Source of the DNA: an uncultured delta proteobacterium
GTDB taxonomy: Bacteria; Myxococcota_A; Polyangia; Polyangiales; Polyangiaceae
NCBI GenBank assembly: GCA_963841435.1
Contig: CAWJCS010000001.1
Coordinates: 96,001-160,000, forward strand
Length of the DNA stretch: 64,000 bases
Direction: 5' to 3'
Shown here: positions 13,691-22,867 of the stretch, piece by piece
Layout: the number at the start of each line of letters is the position of its first letter
Position numbering within the stretch: the stretch's first letter is position 1
The notes under the pieces: generated by a model
The model's database searches: none
Seen by the model: only the letters and a program-made list of their open reading frames with translations
What the model was told of the DNA's origin: nothing
Program-made: the position numbers and the translations under genes

Positions 13691-14588
13691 AGTGGCTGAC
13701 GAGAACATCCACGAAGGCGCGCACCTTCTTCGGAACGCGTCGTGCCCGCGGATAGACGGCGTGGATTCCGAGGCTCGGCGCGTAGAGCGAGTCGAGGACG
13801 ACCACGAGGCGGCCGGCTTCGAGGTCGGAGGCGACCATGAACTTCGGCAGCACGGCGAGCCCCATGCCGGCTACGGCCGCGCGGCGCAGCACGCCGCCGC
13901 TCGCTGCCGAAAGGCGTGGCTCGACGGGGACGGCAAACGGATCCTTCGCGCCGGGCGCCCGAAAGCGCCATTCGTCGGATACTCGCAAGAGCGAGTAGAC
14001 GAGGCAGTCGTGCTTCGTCACCTCTTCGGGGGTGCGTGGCGTGCCTCGCCGCGCGAGGTACTCGGGCGACGCGCAAAGGACCGGCTGATCCGTGGCGAGC
14101 TTGCGCGCGGCGAGGCCCGGCCCCACGAGCCGTGCCGTGATGCGAATCGCCACGTCGATGCCGTCCTCGACGAGGTCGATCGTCGCGTCGCTCAGGCCGA
14201 GCTCGATGCGCACGTTTCGAAACCGTCCCAGGTACGTTGCCATCGGCTCGGCGAGATATTCCTCCGCGAAAACGATCGGTGCGTTCACGCGTAAAACGCC
14301 CCGCGGCTCGTCACCGAGCTCGGAGAACGCCGCCGCAGCGTCGTCGGCCGCCGCCACGACCCTGAGACAGCGCTGGTAGAGCTCCTCGCCATCCGGAGTG
14401 AGCGATAGCTTGCGCGTCGTGCGATGCAGCAGGCGCACGTCGAGCTCACCTTCGAGCGCCGAGATCCTCGCGCTCACGACCGATTTCGCCACACCGAGCT
14501 TGTTGGCCGCCCTGGTGAACGATTTCGCCTCGACGACGCGCGCGAAGGTGATCATCGCGAGGACCTGTTCGCCGGAAGACACCGCCAT
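13671..14588 (-). CDS. LysR-family transcriptional regulator (CrgA-like)
   Basis: FARVVEAKSFTRAA..LE..L.VRLLHRTTRKLSLT; DLVEDGIDVAIR; KVRAFVD. Confidence 0.95.
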   Translation of the reverse strand: MAVSSGEQVLAMITFARVVEAKSFTRAANKLGVAKSVVSARISALEGELDVRLLHRTTRKLSLTPDGEELYQRCLRVVAAADDAAAAFSELGDEPRGVLRVNAPIVFAEEYLAEPMATYLGRFRNVRIELGLSDATIDLVEDGIDVAIRITARLVGPGLAARKLATDQPVLCASPEYLARRGTPRTPEEVTKHDCLVYSLLRVSDEWRFRAPGAKDPFAVPVEPRLSAASGGVLRRAAVAGMGLAVLPKFMVASDLEAGRLVVVLDSLYAPSLGIHAVYPRARRVPKKVRAFVDVLVSHFKTARW

Positions 14589-14682
14589 CGAGCCTTCATA
14601 GCCTCGCGTTCGGGGGCGCGTCGAATCGGCGCGACTTGGACGCGGCGGCGCCGGTCTTTCGTTCCAACGGCGCCTGGCGCGT

Positions 14683-15537
14683 TCAGCGCGCGGGCAGGCG
14701 CGCCTCGAGCCAGCCCTTGATGTCGGCCATCACGAGCTCCTTGCCAACGTCGCTCAAGAGGTCGTGGAAGTGCCCCTCGTAGAGCTTGAGGGCTTTATCC
14801 TTCGAGCCTGCCGCTGCGTAAAATTGCTGGCTCCCGCTGGGCTTCGTGGCTTTGTCAGCCGTGCCGTGCAGGATGAGGAGAGGCAGCTCGATCGAGCCGA
14901 ATCCCTTCTCGAGCAGGTCGTCGGCGCGCACCATCTCGGCGACGGTCTTCGTCGGCTGGACCTCGTGGGCGATCAACGGGTCGGCGTTCATCGCTTCGAC
15001 CACCTTCGGGTCGCGCGAGAACGCCTCATTCGGCAGCTTGAGCACGTGCGCGTGCGGAGCGATGTGGCTGATGCCCTTGAGCACGGCGAGCGCGAAGTCG
15101 GGCGCCGGCACGCGAAAGGCGAAGCTCTCGCAGATGAGCCCCGCGAGCTCCTTCTGGTGCTGGAGCGCATAGACGGAGGCCACCACGCCGCCGGCACTGT
15201 GCCCGAGCAGGAACACGGCCAGGCCCGGCTCGCGAGCCTTGGCAAGCTCGATGAACGTGCCGAGGTCGTCAACGTAGTCGGAAAAGGCGTCCACGTAGAA
15301 TCGCTCGCCGTCGGATTTGCCGCGACCGCGGTGGTCGAGCGCATAGACGGCGTAGCCGCTCCGGACGAGCTCCGTTGCCGTCCAAGCGTAGTAGGCGCTG
15401 TGCGAGTTGAAGCCGTGGCTGAGAACCACGACTGCGCGGGCTGCTCCCTTCGGGCGCCACGCGCGACTGAAGAGATCGAGCCCCTTGGCTCCTCGAAACT
15501 TTTCCTCGCGAGCCTGTTCCAACTCCGTTGTGGTCAT
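14683..15537 (-). CDS. Alpha/beta hydrolase (lysophospholipase/monoglyceride lipase family)
   Basis: HGFNSH, DHRGRGKS, GHSAGG nucleophile elbow, LHGTAD, YEGHFH. Confidence 0.92.
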   Translation of the reverse strand: MTTTELEQAREEKFRGAKGLDLFSRAWRPKGAARAVVVLSHGFNSHSAYYAWTATELVRSGYAVYALDHRGRGKSDGERFYVDAFSDYVDDLGTFIELAKAREPGLAVFLLGHSAGGVVASVYALQHQKELAGLICESFAFRVPAPDFALAVLKGISHIAPHAHVLKLPNEAFSRDPKVVEAMNADPLIAHEVQPTKTVAEMVRADDLLEKGFGSIELPLLILHGTADKATKPSGSQQFYAAAGSKDKALKLYEGHFHDLLSDVGKELVMADIKGWLEARLPAR

Positions 15538-15868
15538 GGCGGGAGCATGTTCGCTTTCCGTGTCGAGGGCGTTCCGTTCCGGAGGCGTCCAGCCCCGCAT
15601 CGCCGAGCAAGTTCGTCTCGCCGTGGCCGCGGGCCCCGCCTGCGTGTTAGCTCACCGGCCATGCCGGGCGACGCGCCGGCGCTTTGGGTCGGCCGCCCGT
15701 GCTCGCGATCATGCGCCTCGCATGCTCGTTGCGACGACGCGTCGTGGCGCGCGTCGTCCTTGGAAGAATCCGTCGCCGTCCGACCGTCGGCGCGGCGCGC
15801 GCCTACGCTTGGGCGGCAATCGGAAGCGTGCCTCGGTTGTCGGCACGTTGTAGTGTTCTGACTCGTCC

Positions 15869-17284
15869 TTGCGTTTTACGAGCTTCGTTCCTCTGCTTCT
15901 CGTCGGTCTTTTGCAAGGCTGCGCCGGCGCCGACGATGATGCGACCGGCGCTGGCGGCTCGAGCGCGGCCGGTGCGGCGACGGGCGGCACGGGCAACGGC
16001 GGTGCGGGCGGTCTCGGGGCGGCCGGCGGCATGTCGGGTAGCGTTGCTTCCGGTGGCTCGTCGAGCGGCGGCACCGCGTCGGGTGGTGTCGCGGCACTGG
16101 GTGGGACGGCCGGTGGTTCGGGTCTGGGTGCGGGCGGCGCCGGTGGCTCTTTGGGAGGCGCCGGATCCAGCGGAGCCGGCAGCGGTGGTGCGGCCGGCAC
16201 CGACCCCGCGGGTGGCAGCTCCGGCTCGAGCGTTTCGGGCGGAGCAGGCATGGGAGGCACAGCAGGTTCCGGGGCGGGCGGCGCGACGGGCTCGAGCGGC
16301 GGCGCCGGCGCCACGGGCACACCCGGTGTTCGCATCGTGGGCCGCACGGCCTCCGGCAGCGGCGGCGCCGTGAGGTTCTCCTGGCCGGGCGTCAGCATCC
16401 AGGCGCGCTTCACCGGCACGCAGGTCTCGATCGACTTGAACGACGGCAACAACAAGAATCGCTTCACCGTCGTCGTCGATGGGGGCGCGCCGAAGACCGT
16501 CACGAGCCCCTCCGGACAGGCGTCGCTGTCGCTCGCCTCGGGTCTTTCGACCGGCACGCACGACATCACGATCTGGCGGAACACCGAGGCCGCGATGGGC
16601 ATCACCGAGTTCACGGCGCTCACGGGCTTCGGCACGGGGGGCGAGCTTCTGGCTCCCCCGCCGGCGCCCGAGCGGCGCATCGAGGTGATTGGTGACTCCC
16701 TTTCGGTGGGCGCGGGCGACGAGGGCCCCGGCGTCACCTGCAGTCCCAATATCGACGCGTTCACGAACAACTACCTTGCCTACGGCTCCGTCGCCGCGCG
16801 CAGCGTGAGCGCGGAACTGGTAACGATTGCCTGGTCCGGTATCGGAGTCTATCGGAGCTACTCGTCGAGCGACCCCACGATGCCGGCGCGGTACGACGAT
16901 GCCATCTCGAACGACAAGACACCTTGGGAGTTTTCGAAGTACCAGCCGCACGTCGTCGTCATCAACCTCGGTACGAACGACTTCGGCAGCGGCAACCCGG
17001 GGCAGCCGTACGTGACGGCGTACGTTGACTTCGTCGAGCACGTACGGTCCAAGTACGCGGCAGCAAACTTCATTCTCGTTGACATGTACGGCGGCGAACG
17101 GCAGACGGCGCTCGACAGCGTCGTCTCGGCGCTGAAGGGCGGCGGCGAGTCCAAGGTCGAGACCTTGAGCTTCAGCTCGGTGCCCAACAACAACACGGCT
17201 TGCAATCAGCACCCGAACGTCGCAGCGCAAGAGGCGATGGGGAACCTCCTTTCGGCTCGGCTGAAATCACTCATGGGTTGGTGA
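15869..17284 (+). CDS. Lipoprotein with Gly-rich linker and SGNH/GDSL esterase (CE2-like carbohydrate esterase)
   Basis: LLQGC lipobox; FSWPG N-domain; IGDSLS, AWSGIG, NLGTND, HPN blocks. Confidence 0.88.
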   Translation: MRFTSFVPLLLVGLLQGCAGADDDATGAGGSSAAGAATGGTGNGGAGGLGAAGGMSGSVASGGSSSGGTASGGVAALGGTAGGSGLGAGGAGGSLGGAGSSGAGSGGAAGTDPAGGSSGSSVSGGAGMGGTAGSGAGGATGSSGGAGATGTPGVRIVGRTASGSGGAVRFSWPGVSIQARFTGTQVSIDLNDGNNKNRFTVVVDGGAPKTVTSPSGQASLSLASGLSTGTHDITIWRNTEAAMGITEFTALTGFGTGGELLAPPPAPERRIEVIGDSLSVGAGDEGPGVTCSPNIDAFTNNYLAYGSVAARSVSAELVTIAWSGIGVYRSYSSSDPTMPARYDDAISNDKTPWEFSKYQPHVVVINLGTNDFGSGNPGQPYVTAYVDFVEHVRSKYAAANFILVDMYGGERQTALDSVVSALKGGGESKVETLSFSSVPNNNTACNQHPNVAAQEAMGNLLSARLKSLMGW

Positions 17285-17356
17285 GACGGACGCCAAGTGC
17301 GCTACGGTCGGCGACCGCCCTTTCCGGCGGCTGCGGTCCGTGGCATCTGGGGCCGT

Positions 17357-18496
17357 ATGCGCTTTTCCACCAAGCTCGTGCACGCGGGAGAGCCGCGCCC
17401 TCGCGTCCAGGGCTCGGTCGTGCTGCCGATCTTCCAGAGCTCCACCTACGAATACGAGGGGGCCACGAGCTACCACGACATTCGCTACGTGCGCCTGAGC
17501 AACAGCCCGAATCACGAGTCCGTCGCCGCGAAGCTTGGCGCGCTGGAGGAGACGGAGGCGGCCCTCGTCACGGGCAGCGGCATGGCGGCGATCGCGTCGT
17601 CGCTGCTTGCGCTGCTCGCTCCGGGTGACCATGCCATCGCGCATCGCTGCCTGTACGGCGGGACCCGCAGTTTGTTCACGACCGACCTCGCCACGCTCGG
17701 CATCGAGACCACGTTCGTCGACGCGGAGCGACCCGAGACCTTCGCGGCGGCATTGAAGCCGCACAGCAAGGTGTTCTACGTCGAAGCCATGACCAATCCC
17801 CTGGTCGAGATCGCAGAGCTCGATGCCGTCGTGGCCTTCGCGAGAGAGCACGGCCTCGTCACGCTCATCGACGCGACGCTCGCAACGCCCGTGAATTTTC
17901 GACCGGCGACGCGCGGCTTCGACCTCGTGCTGCACAGCGCCACGAAATACCTGAACGGACACTCGGACATCGCGGCCGGCGCGATCGCGGGGTCACGAGT
18001 GCTCGTCGACCGGGTGAAGCAGAAGCTCGACCACCTGGGCGGCATCCTTGATCCGCACGCTTGCTTCCTGCTGCAACGAGGCATGAAAACGCTCGACCTC
18101 AGGATGGAGCGCCACAACGCGTCGGCGGTCGCGCTCACTCGCTTCCTCGCGACGCACCCCGGCGTGAGCGAGGTCTGTTACCCCGGGCTTCCGAGCCATC
18201 CTGGCCACGCGCGCGCCAAGGCCTGGTTTTCGGGGAGCGGCGGGTTATTCAGCTTCCGACCACGCGGCGGCGTGCGGCACGCCGAGCGGTTTCTCGCGGG
18301 GGTGCGGCTGGCTGCGGCGGCGCCGAGCCTCGGCGGCCCGGAGACGCTCGTGACGCGGCCCTCGATGACGTCGCACGCCGGACAGACGGCCGAGGAGCGC
18401 GCGAGCCTCGGTATCACCGACGACCTCGTGCGCGTCGCCGTGGGGCTCGAGGCCTCCGAGGACCTCATCGAGGATTTCGCGCGCGCGCTGACCTGA
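17357..18496 (+). CDS. PLP-dependent Cys/Met metabolism enzyme (cystathionine gamma-synthase/lyase family)
   Basis: SGMAAI, YGGT, DATLATP, HSATKYLNGHSD, SLGG, RVAVGLE. Confidence 0.95.
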   Translation: MRFSTKLVHAGEPRPRVQGSVVLPIFQSSTYEYEGATSYHDIRYVRLSNSPNHESVAAKLGALEETEAALVTGSGMAAIASSLLALLAPGDHAIAHRCLYGGTRSLFTTDLATLGIETTFVDAERPETFAAALKPHSKVFYVEAMTNPLVEIAELDAVVAFAREHGLVTLIDATLATPVNFRPATRGFDLVLHSATKYLNGHSDIAAGAIAGSRVLVDRVKQKLDHLGGILDPHACFLLQRGMKTLDLRMERHNASAVALTRFLATHPGVSEVCYPGLPSHPGHARAKAWFSGSGGLFSFRPRGGVRHAERFLAGVRLAAAAPSLGGPETLVTRPSMTSHAGQTAEERASLGITDDLVRVAVGLEASEDLIEDFARALT

Positions 18497-18521
18497 CGCA
18501 GCAGGCCGAGCTCCGCCAGCG

Positions 18522-18638
18522 TCACGTCGAGCCGGAGTCGAGGGCCTCGTTCACTCGCTGGAGCAGCGTGGTCGGATGGTAGGGCTTGCTGAGGAGGCGC
18601 CGCACCCAGCGCCGGGTCGAGTTGACCAAGGGCTCCAT
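18522..18638 (-). pseudogene. Remnant of a response-regulator receiver-domain C-terminus
   Basis: Short frame ending LLSKPYHPTTLLQRVNEALDS*, matching the K-P-x...L..RV..AL end of REC domains; no N-terminal part. Confidence 0.45.
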
Positions 18639-18774
18639 CTCCGCCCATCTGGACGAGCGACGCTAACCCGCGCTTCCCGCACTTGCAATCGCGCCTGCCG
18701 GTCGAAAAGTTCTGCGACGCGCTGTAAGCCCGGGCGCGCGCATGCGTTCTCGAGACACAACGGAGGTTTTCCCC

Positions 18775-20439
18775 ATGCGTCACGCTCATCTGGTGTCTCT
18801 CACGCTGCTCGCGACCCTGGCTGTCGGGTGTGGGACGTCTCGCCCCGAGCGGTCGCCCGGGTATCCCGGCGCGCACGCCGAGTTGGTGCCCGCCCCGCCC
18901 GCGCCCAAGCCCGCTTCGGGTGCCGTGGTGGCCGACGGCGAAGAGGCGCCTTCGCCGTCGCCCTCGCTGGTGAACGTGCGCGAAGCGAAGAAGGCCTCGA
19001 ACAGCGAAGCCTACGACCACGTGGTCGACAACGCCTTCGTCTCGCCGGCGCGCGCACCGCTCTCGACCTTCTCGATCGACGTCGATACGGCCTCCTACTC
19101 GAATGTCCGCCGCTTCCTGGCGGAAGGCCAGCTGCCGCCGCCGGACGCCGTGCGCGTCGAAGAGCTCGTCAACTATTTCCCCTACGCCTACCCGGAGCCG
19201 CAGGGCGACGCACCGTTCTCGGTCAGCACCGAGGTATCGAACGCGCCGTGGGCACCGGCGCATCGGCTCGTGCGCATCGGCCTGCAGGGCCGACACCTCG
19301 CCGAGCGCGCGATGCCCTCGCGAAATCTCGTCTTCCTGGTCGACGTATCCGGATCGATGAGTGACGCGAACAAGCTGCCGCTCTTGCAAAGGTCGCTGCG
19401 TGAGCTCGTGGCGACGCTCGGCGAAAAGGATCACGTCGCGCTCGTCGTTTACGCCGGTGCGAGCGGTGTCGTGCTCGAGCCGACGGCGGCGAGCGACCGC
19501 GCGAAGATCACGGATGCGATCGAACGCCTGTCGGCCGGCGGCGGTACCAACGGCGCCGACGGCATCCAGGCCGCGTACGCGCTCGCGGAGCGATCGCTGG
19601 ATCCGAAGGGCATCAATCGCGTGATCCTCGCAACAGACGGCGATTTCAACGTCGGCGTGACGAGCGAAGGGGACCTCGTGCGGCTCATCGAGGGTGAGCG
19701 CAAAAAGGGCGTCTTCCTGACGGTGCTCGGCTTCGGCATGGGGAACATCAAGGACTCGACGCTCGAGAAGCTCGCCGACCACGGCGACGGCAACTACGCC
19801 TATATCGACTCGCTCGCGGAGGCCCGGAAGGTGCTCGTCGAGCAAGGGGGCGCGACGCTCGTCACGATCGCCAAGGACGTGAAGATCCAGGTCGAGATGA
19901 ACCCGTCGCGCGTCGCGGCCTACCGGTTGATCGGCTACGAGAACCGCGTGCTCGCCGCCGAGGATTTCAACGACGACCAGAAGGACGCCGGCGACATCGG
20001 CGCGGGCCACAGCGTGACCGCGCTCTACGAGATCGTGCCACCGGGCGTCCCGATCGAGAAAGGCAGCGTCGACGCGCTCGTCTACCAGGCACCCTCGACG
20101 ACGACCCCGGCGGCGAGAGCATCGAACGATCTCATGACGATCAAGCTCCGCTTCAAGCGCCCGAAGGGCGAGACGAGCGAGCTTCTCTCCACCGTGGTGC
20201 GCGACGACCCGCGCGAGCTCGCGTCGAGCAGCGCCGATTTTCGCTTTGCGAGCGCGGTGGCGGGCTTCGGCATGCTGCTTCGCGACTCACCCAACAAGGG
20301 CGGCATCAGCTCGGGCGCCGTGCGCTCGCTCGCCGAGGGGGCGCTCGGTGCGGACCCCCACGGGTACCGAAGGGGGTTCATCGACCTCGTGACGGCGTTC
20401 GACGGCCTTTCCGGTGGCCACGTCGTGTCGGCCGACTGA
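18775..20439 (+). CDS. YfbK-like vWA-domain lipoprotein (vWF_A N-term, VWA, DUF3520)
   Basis: LAVGC lipobox; STFSIDVDTASY, DVSGS MIDAS, ATDGDFNVG, YRLIGYENR, FASAVAGFG. Confidence 0.93.
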   Translation: MRHAHLVSLTLLATLAVGCGTSRPERSPGYPGAHAELVPAPPAPKPASGAVVADGEEAPSPSPSLVNVREAKKASNSEAYDHVVDNAFVSPARAPLSTFSIDVDTASYSNVRRFLAEGQLPPPDAVRVEELVNYFPYAYPEPQGDAPFSVSTEVSNAPWAPAHRLVRIGLQGRHLAERAMPSRNLVFLVDVSGSMSDANKLPLLQRSLRELVATLGEKDHVALVVYAGASGVVLEPTAASDRAKITDAIERLSAGGGTNGADGIQAAYALAERSLDPKGINRVILATDGDFNVGVTSEGDLVRLIEGERKKGVFLTVLGFGMGNIKDSTLEKLADHGDGNYAYIDSLAEARKVLVEQGGATLVTIAKDVKIQVEMNPSRVAAYRLIGYENRVLAAEDFNDDQKDAGDIGAGHSVTALYEIVPPGVPIEKGSVDALVYQAPSTTTPAARASNDLMTIKLRFKRPKGETSELLSTVVRDDPRELASSSADFRFASAVAGFGMLLRDSPNKGGISSGAVRSLAEGALGADPHGYRRGFIDLVTAFDGLSGGHVVSAD

Positions 20440-20496
20440 CGGCGCCGGCCTTCGCCCCGCTCGGCAAGATGCTGGGTTTCGAGGAGCTGCCGAGCG

Positions 20497-21164
20497 TCAG
20501 GGGACGTCGCAAGTACCGGGATCACACGAGGGCTCCGTGGCGCAAGGTTGCCGGCACGAGCTCGACACGCCACCTTCGCACGTGACGGTCATCGTGGTGC
20601 CCGGATACGGGATGGCCCCGGTCGCGATGACGTTTCCCTCGGCGTCGCTCCAGCTCGTCGAGGACGATTCGCAGCCCGCGCCCAGGGTCGTGACTCTCGT
20701 GTAGCAAAGCTCCCCGCCGGGCGCGTACACGCGGGCGATGGTTCGATCGCCAGGAGTGCACTGCGTGCCGGCCGCCACGTACTCGTACTCCACGCGCACG
20801 GCGTTCGAGTAGCAAGCTCGGCTCCAGCGGTTCTGAGCATCCGCCTCGTAGACGCACGTGCCCTCGAGGTTGAAGGAGGCCGTGAGGTCCGTGAGGCACG
20901 CTGGGGGAAAGGCCGGTGCGCCACCCGAGCCGGCGCCGCCCCCGCTGACACCCGCCGTGCCGCCGGCCTCGTCGCCCCCGCTGCCGCCGCCCGCGCTGCG
21001 GCAGGCGTCGCGGCGCCGCCCCCGGAGCCGCCGACCGACCCCGCAGCGCCGCCCGTCCCACTGCCCGGCCGTTGCACGCTCGTCCCACCGCAAGCGGCAA
21101 GAACAGCCACGGTGAGACACAGCCCAAAGAGGCTCGAGGGGACGGTCTCGACGTTTCGCACCAT
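20497..21164 (-). CDS. Cys-rich lipoprotein with Gly-rich linker; 1-bp frameshift near 21003
   Basis: VLAAC lipobox and Gly linker in one frame continue into a Gly linker and Cys-rich domain in another; span is one base short of a multiple of 3. Confidence 0.7.
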
Positions 21165-21302
21165 CGGACGTTGTTCAGACGAAGGGATCGAGCGTCGGTC
21201 TAGCGAGAGAGCTCGGGATCCCCCAGATGGTGACACGCGACTGCGAACAACGCCCGGGCGGCACCGGGGCGCTCCGCCCGCGGCAGCGAGCCGGCCAGCG
21301 GA

Positions 21303-22715
21303 CTAGCTCGCTCGCGCTTTCGGATAGCCGAAAAATCCGCGCTCCTTGATGAGGGCGGCGACGGGCCCCGGGACGAGCGCCTCCCAGGAGCCGTCGGCGG
21401 CGACGATGCGCTCGGCAATGTCCTCGTCGTCGATGTCGAGCCAATCGTCGCTCTCGGCTTCGAGCGCTTCGACGAGACGGCCCTTTCGAAGGTACGTGAG
21501 CAGACTCTGGAGCTCCGGCGCGAGCAGCACGTCGTCGCTCGTGACGAGCGGTCCCTTGGGTTGCTCCCGCGTCGGATAGACGTAAAGGCGCACGTTGCGC
21601 GCGAACAGCCGCCCGAACGCCTCGAGGATGCCGCCACGCAGGTCCTCGTAATAGCGTCGCTCGCACAGCTGCCTGAGCGCCGGCACGCCGAGCGCCAGCC
21701 GGATCGGCTCGTTGGTGTAGCGGCCGAGGTACTCCATCAGCGCGTAGTGCTCGCTGAATCTCGATACGAGGATGGTGCCGCCGAGTGCCGCGAGCGTGTC
21801 CACGCGCGCGAGGAAGTCGCGATGGTCCGGATCGTCGGGACGCCCGATATCGCGCTGCGACAGCTCGAAAAGCGTGAGCAGGTGACCGCCGTTCGGCGCG
21901 AGTTCGGCCGCGAATTTCTCGCTGGCGCGCTCGAGGATCGCCGTGTGCAGTCGGTTGACGGGTCGGAACGCGCCGCGCTCGACGAGCACGGCGCGCTTGT
22001 AGAGCGCATCCGCCGGGTCAATGACCTCGCCGTCCGAGCGGAACAGCGCGGCGTCGGTGAGGCCCTGCTGCACGAGCATCAGGCTGACGATGCGGTTGTC
22101 CACGCCCTCGAACGCGGGCCCGCTGAGCTCGAGCAAATCCACTTCCACGCGTTCGGGAGCGAGCTCGTCGAGGAGCGACCCGAGCAGGTGCTCCGGGTTC
22201 TCGTTCTGGTAAATGGCGCCGTAGACGAGATTCACGCCGACCACGCCCAACGCCTGCTGCTGTCGGATGTTTTCGCGGTCACCGAGGTTCACGTGCATCA
22301 CGATCTGGCTGGGTGCGGCGCGGGGGCGATCCTGGAACCTGACGCCCATCCACCCGTGAGCGTGGTCCGGGTGCGAATGGCTACGCGCGGCGACGGTGTT
22401 CGCGTACGCGAAGAAGCACGTGGCCGCTCCGCGCGACTCGTCGAGCCGCTCGACGACGAGATCGTACTCGTGGTCGAGCATGGCGAGCAATCGTTCACGG
22501 CTGACGTAGCGTTGCGTCGGCCCGTAGTTCGCGTCGGAAAACTTCTGGTCGTACGCCGAAATGGTCTTCGCGACGGTCCCCGCCGCGCCGCCGACCCGGA
22601 AGAACCAGCGCGCGACCTCTTGTCCTGCGCCGATCTCGGCGAACGTGCCGTGATGCCGGCCGTCGAGGTTGATCTCCAGGGTCTTGTCTCCGGTCGAGCT
22701 CGAGCGCGGCTTCAT
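21303..22715 (-). CDS. Conserved protein with nucleotidyltransferase-like C-terminal half (family often mislabelled 'TonB-dependent receptor')
   Basis: GTFAEIGAGQEVARWFF..GGAAGTVAKTISAYD; ERGAFRPV..LH; soluble, with no barrel or signal peptide. Confidence 0.7.
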   Translation of the reverse strand: MKPRSSSTGDKTLEINLDGRHHGTFAEIGAGQEVARWFFRVGGAAGTVAKTISAYDQKFSDANYGPTQRYVSRERLLAMLDHEYDLVVERLDESRGAATCFFAYANTVAARSHSHPDHAHGWMGVRFQDRPRAAPSQIVMHVNLGDRENIRQQQALGVVGVNLVYGAIYQNENPEHLLGSLLDELAPERVEVDLLELSGPAFEGVDNRIVSLMLVQQGLTDAALFRSDGEVIDPADALYKRAVLVERGAFRPVNRLHTAILERASEKFAAELAPNGGHLLTLFELSQRDIGRPDDPDHRDFLARVDTLAALGGTILVSRFSEHYALMEYLGRYTNEPIRLALGVPALRQLCERRYYEDLRGGILEAFGRLFARNVRLYVYPTREQPKGPLVTSDDVLLAPELQSLLTYLRKGRLVEALEAESDDWLDIDDEDIAERIVAADGSWEALVPGPVAALIKERGFFGYPKARAS

Positions 22716-22836
22716 GCTTCACCTGTCGGGTCGTTGCGGCGCCGTCCGCGCCGTCGGGGTTCCCACCGGTGCTACTCCAACTCGCCGCGCCACGCCCGCA
22801 GGGCATTGTCGCGCCGCGCGCGGTCTCACCGCTGCC

Positions 22837-22860
22837 AAAAAGCCGCGCTCGGGCGAGCGC
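22837..22860 (-). terminator. Candidate Rho-independent terminator
   Basis: GCGCTC-4nt-GAGCGC hairpin followed closely by TTTTT on the minus strand, just after the stop of 22868-24640. Confidence 0.45.
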
Positions 22861-22867
22861 CGTCGGG

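Noticed and set aside
15827..15847. CGTGCC-N9-GGCACG inverted repeat upstream of the SGNH gene
   Set aside because: Short and GC-rich, plausible by chance; no second copy noticed
21303..22715. TonB-dependent receptor call
   Set aside because: No signal peptide, plug or beta-barrel pattern, and too short
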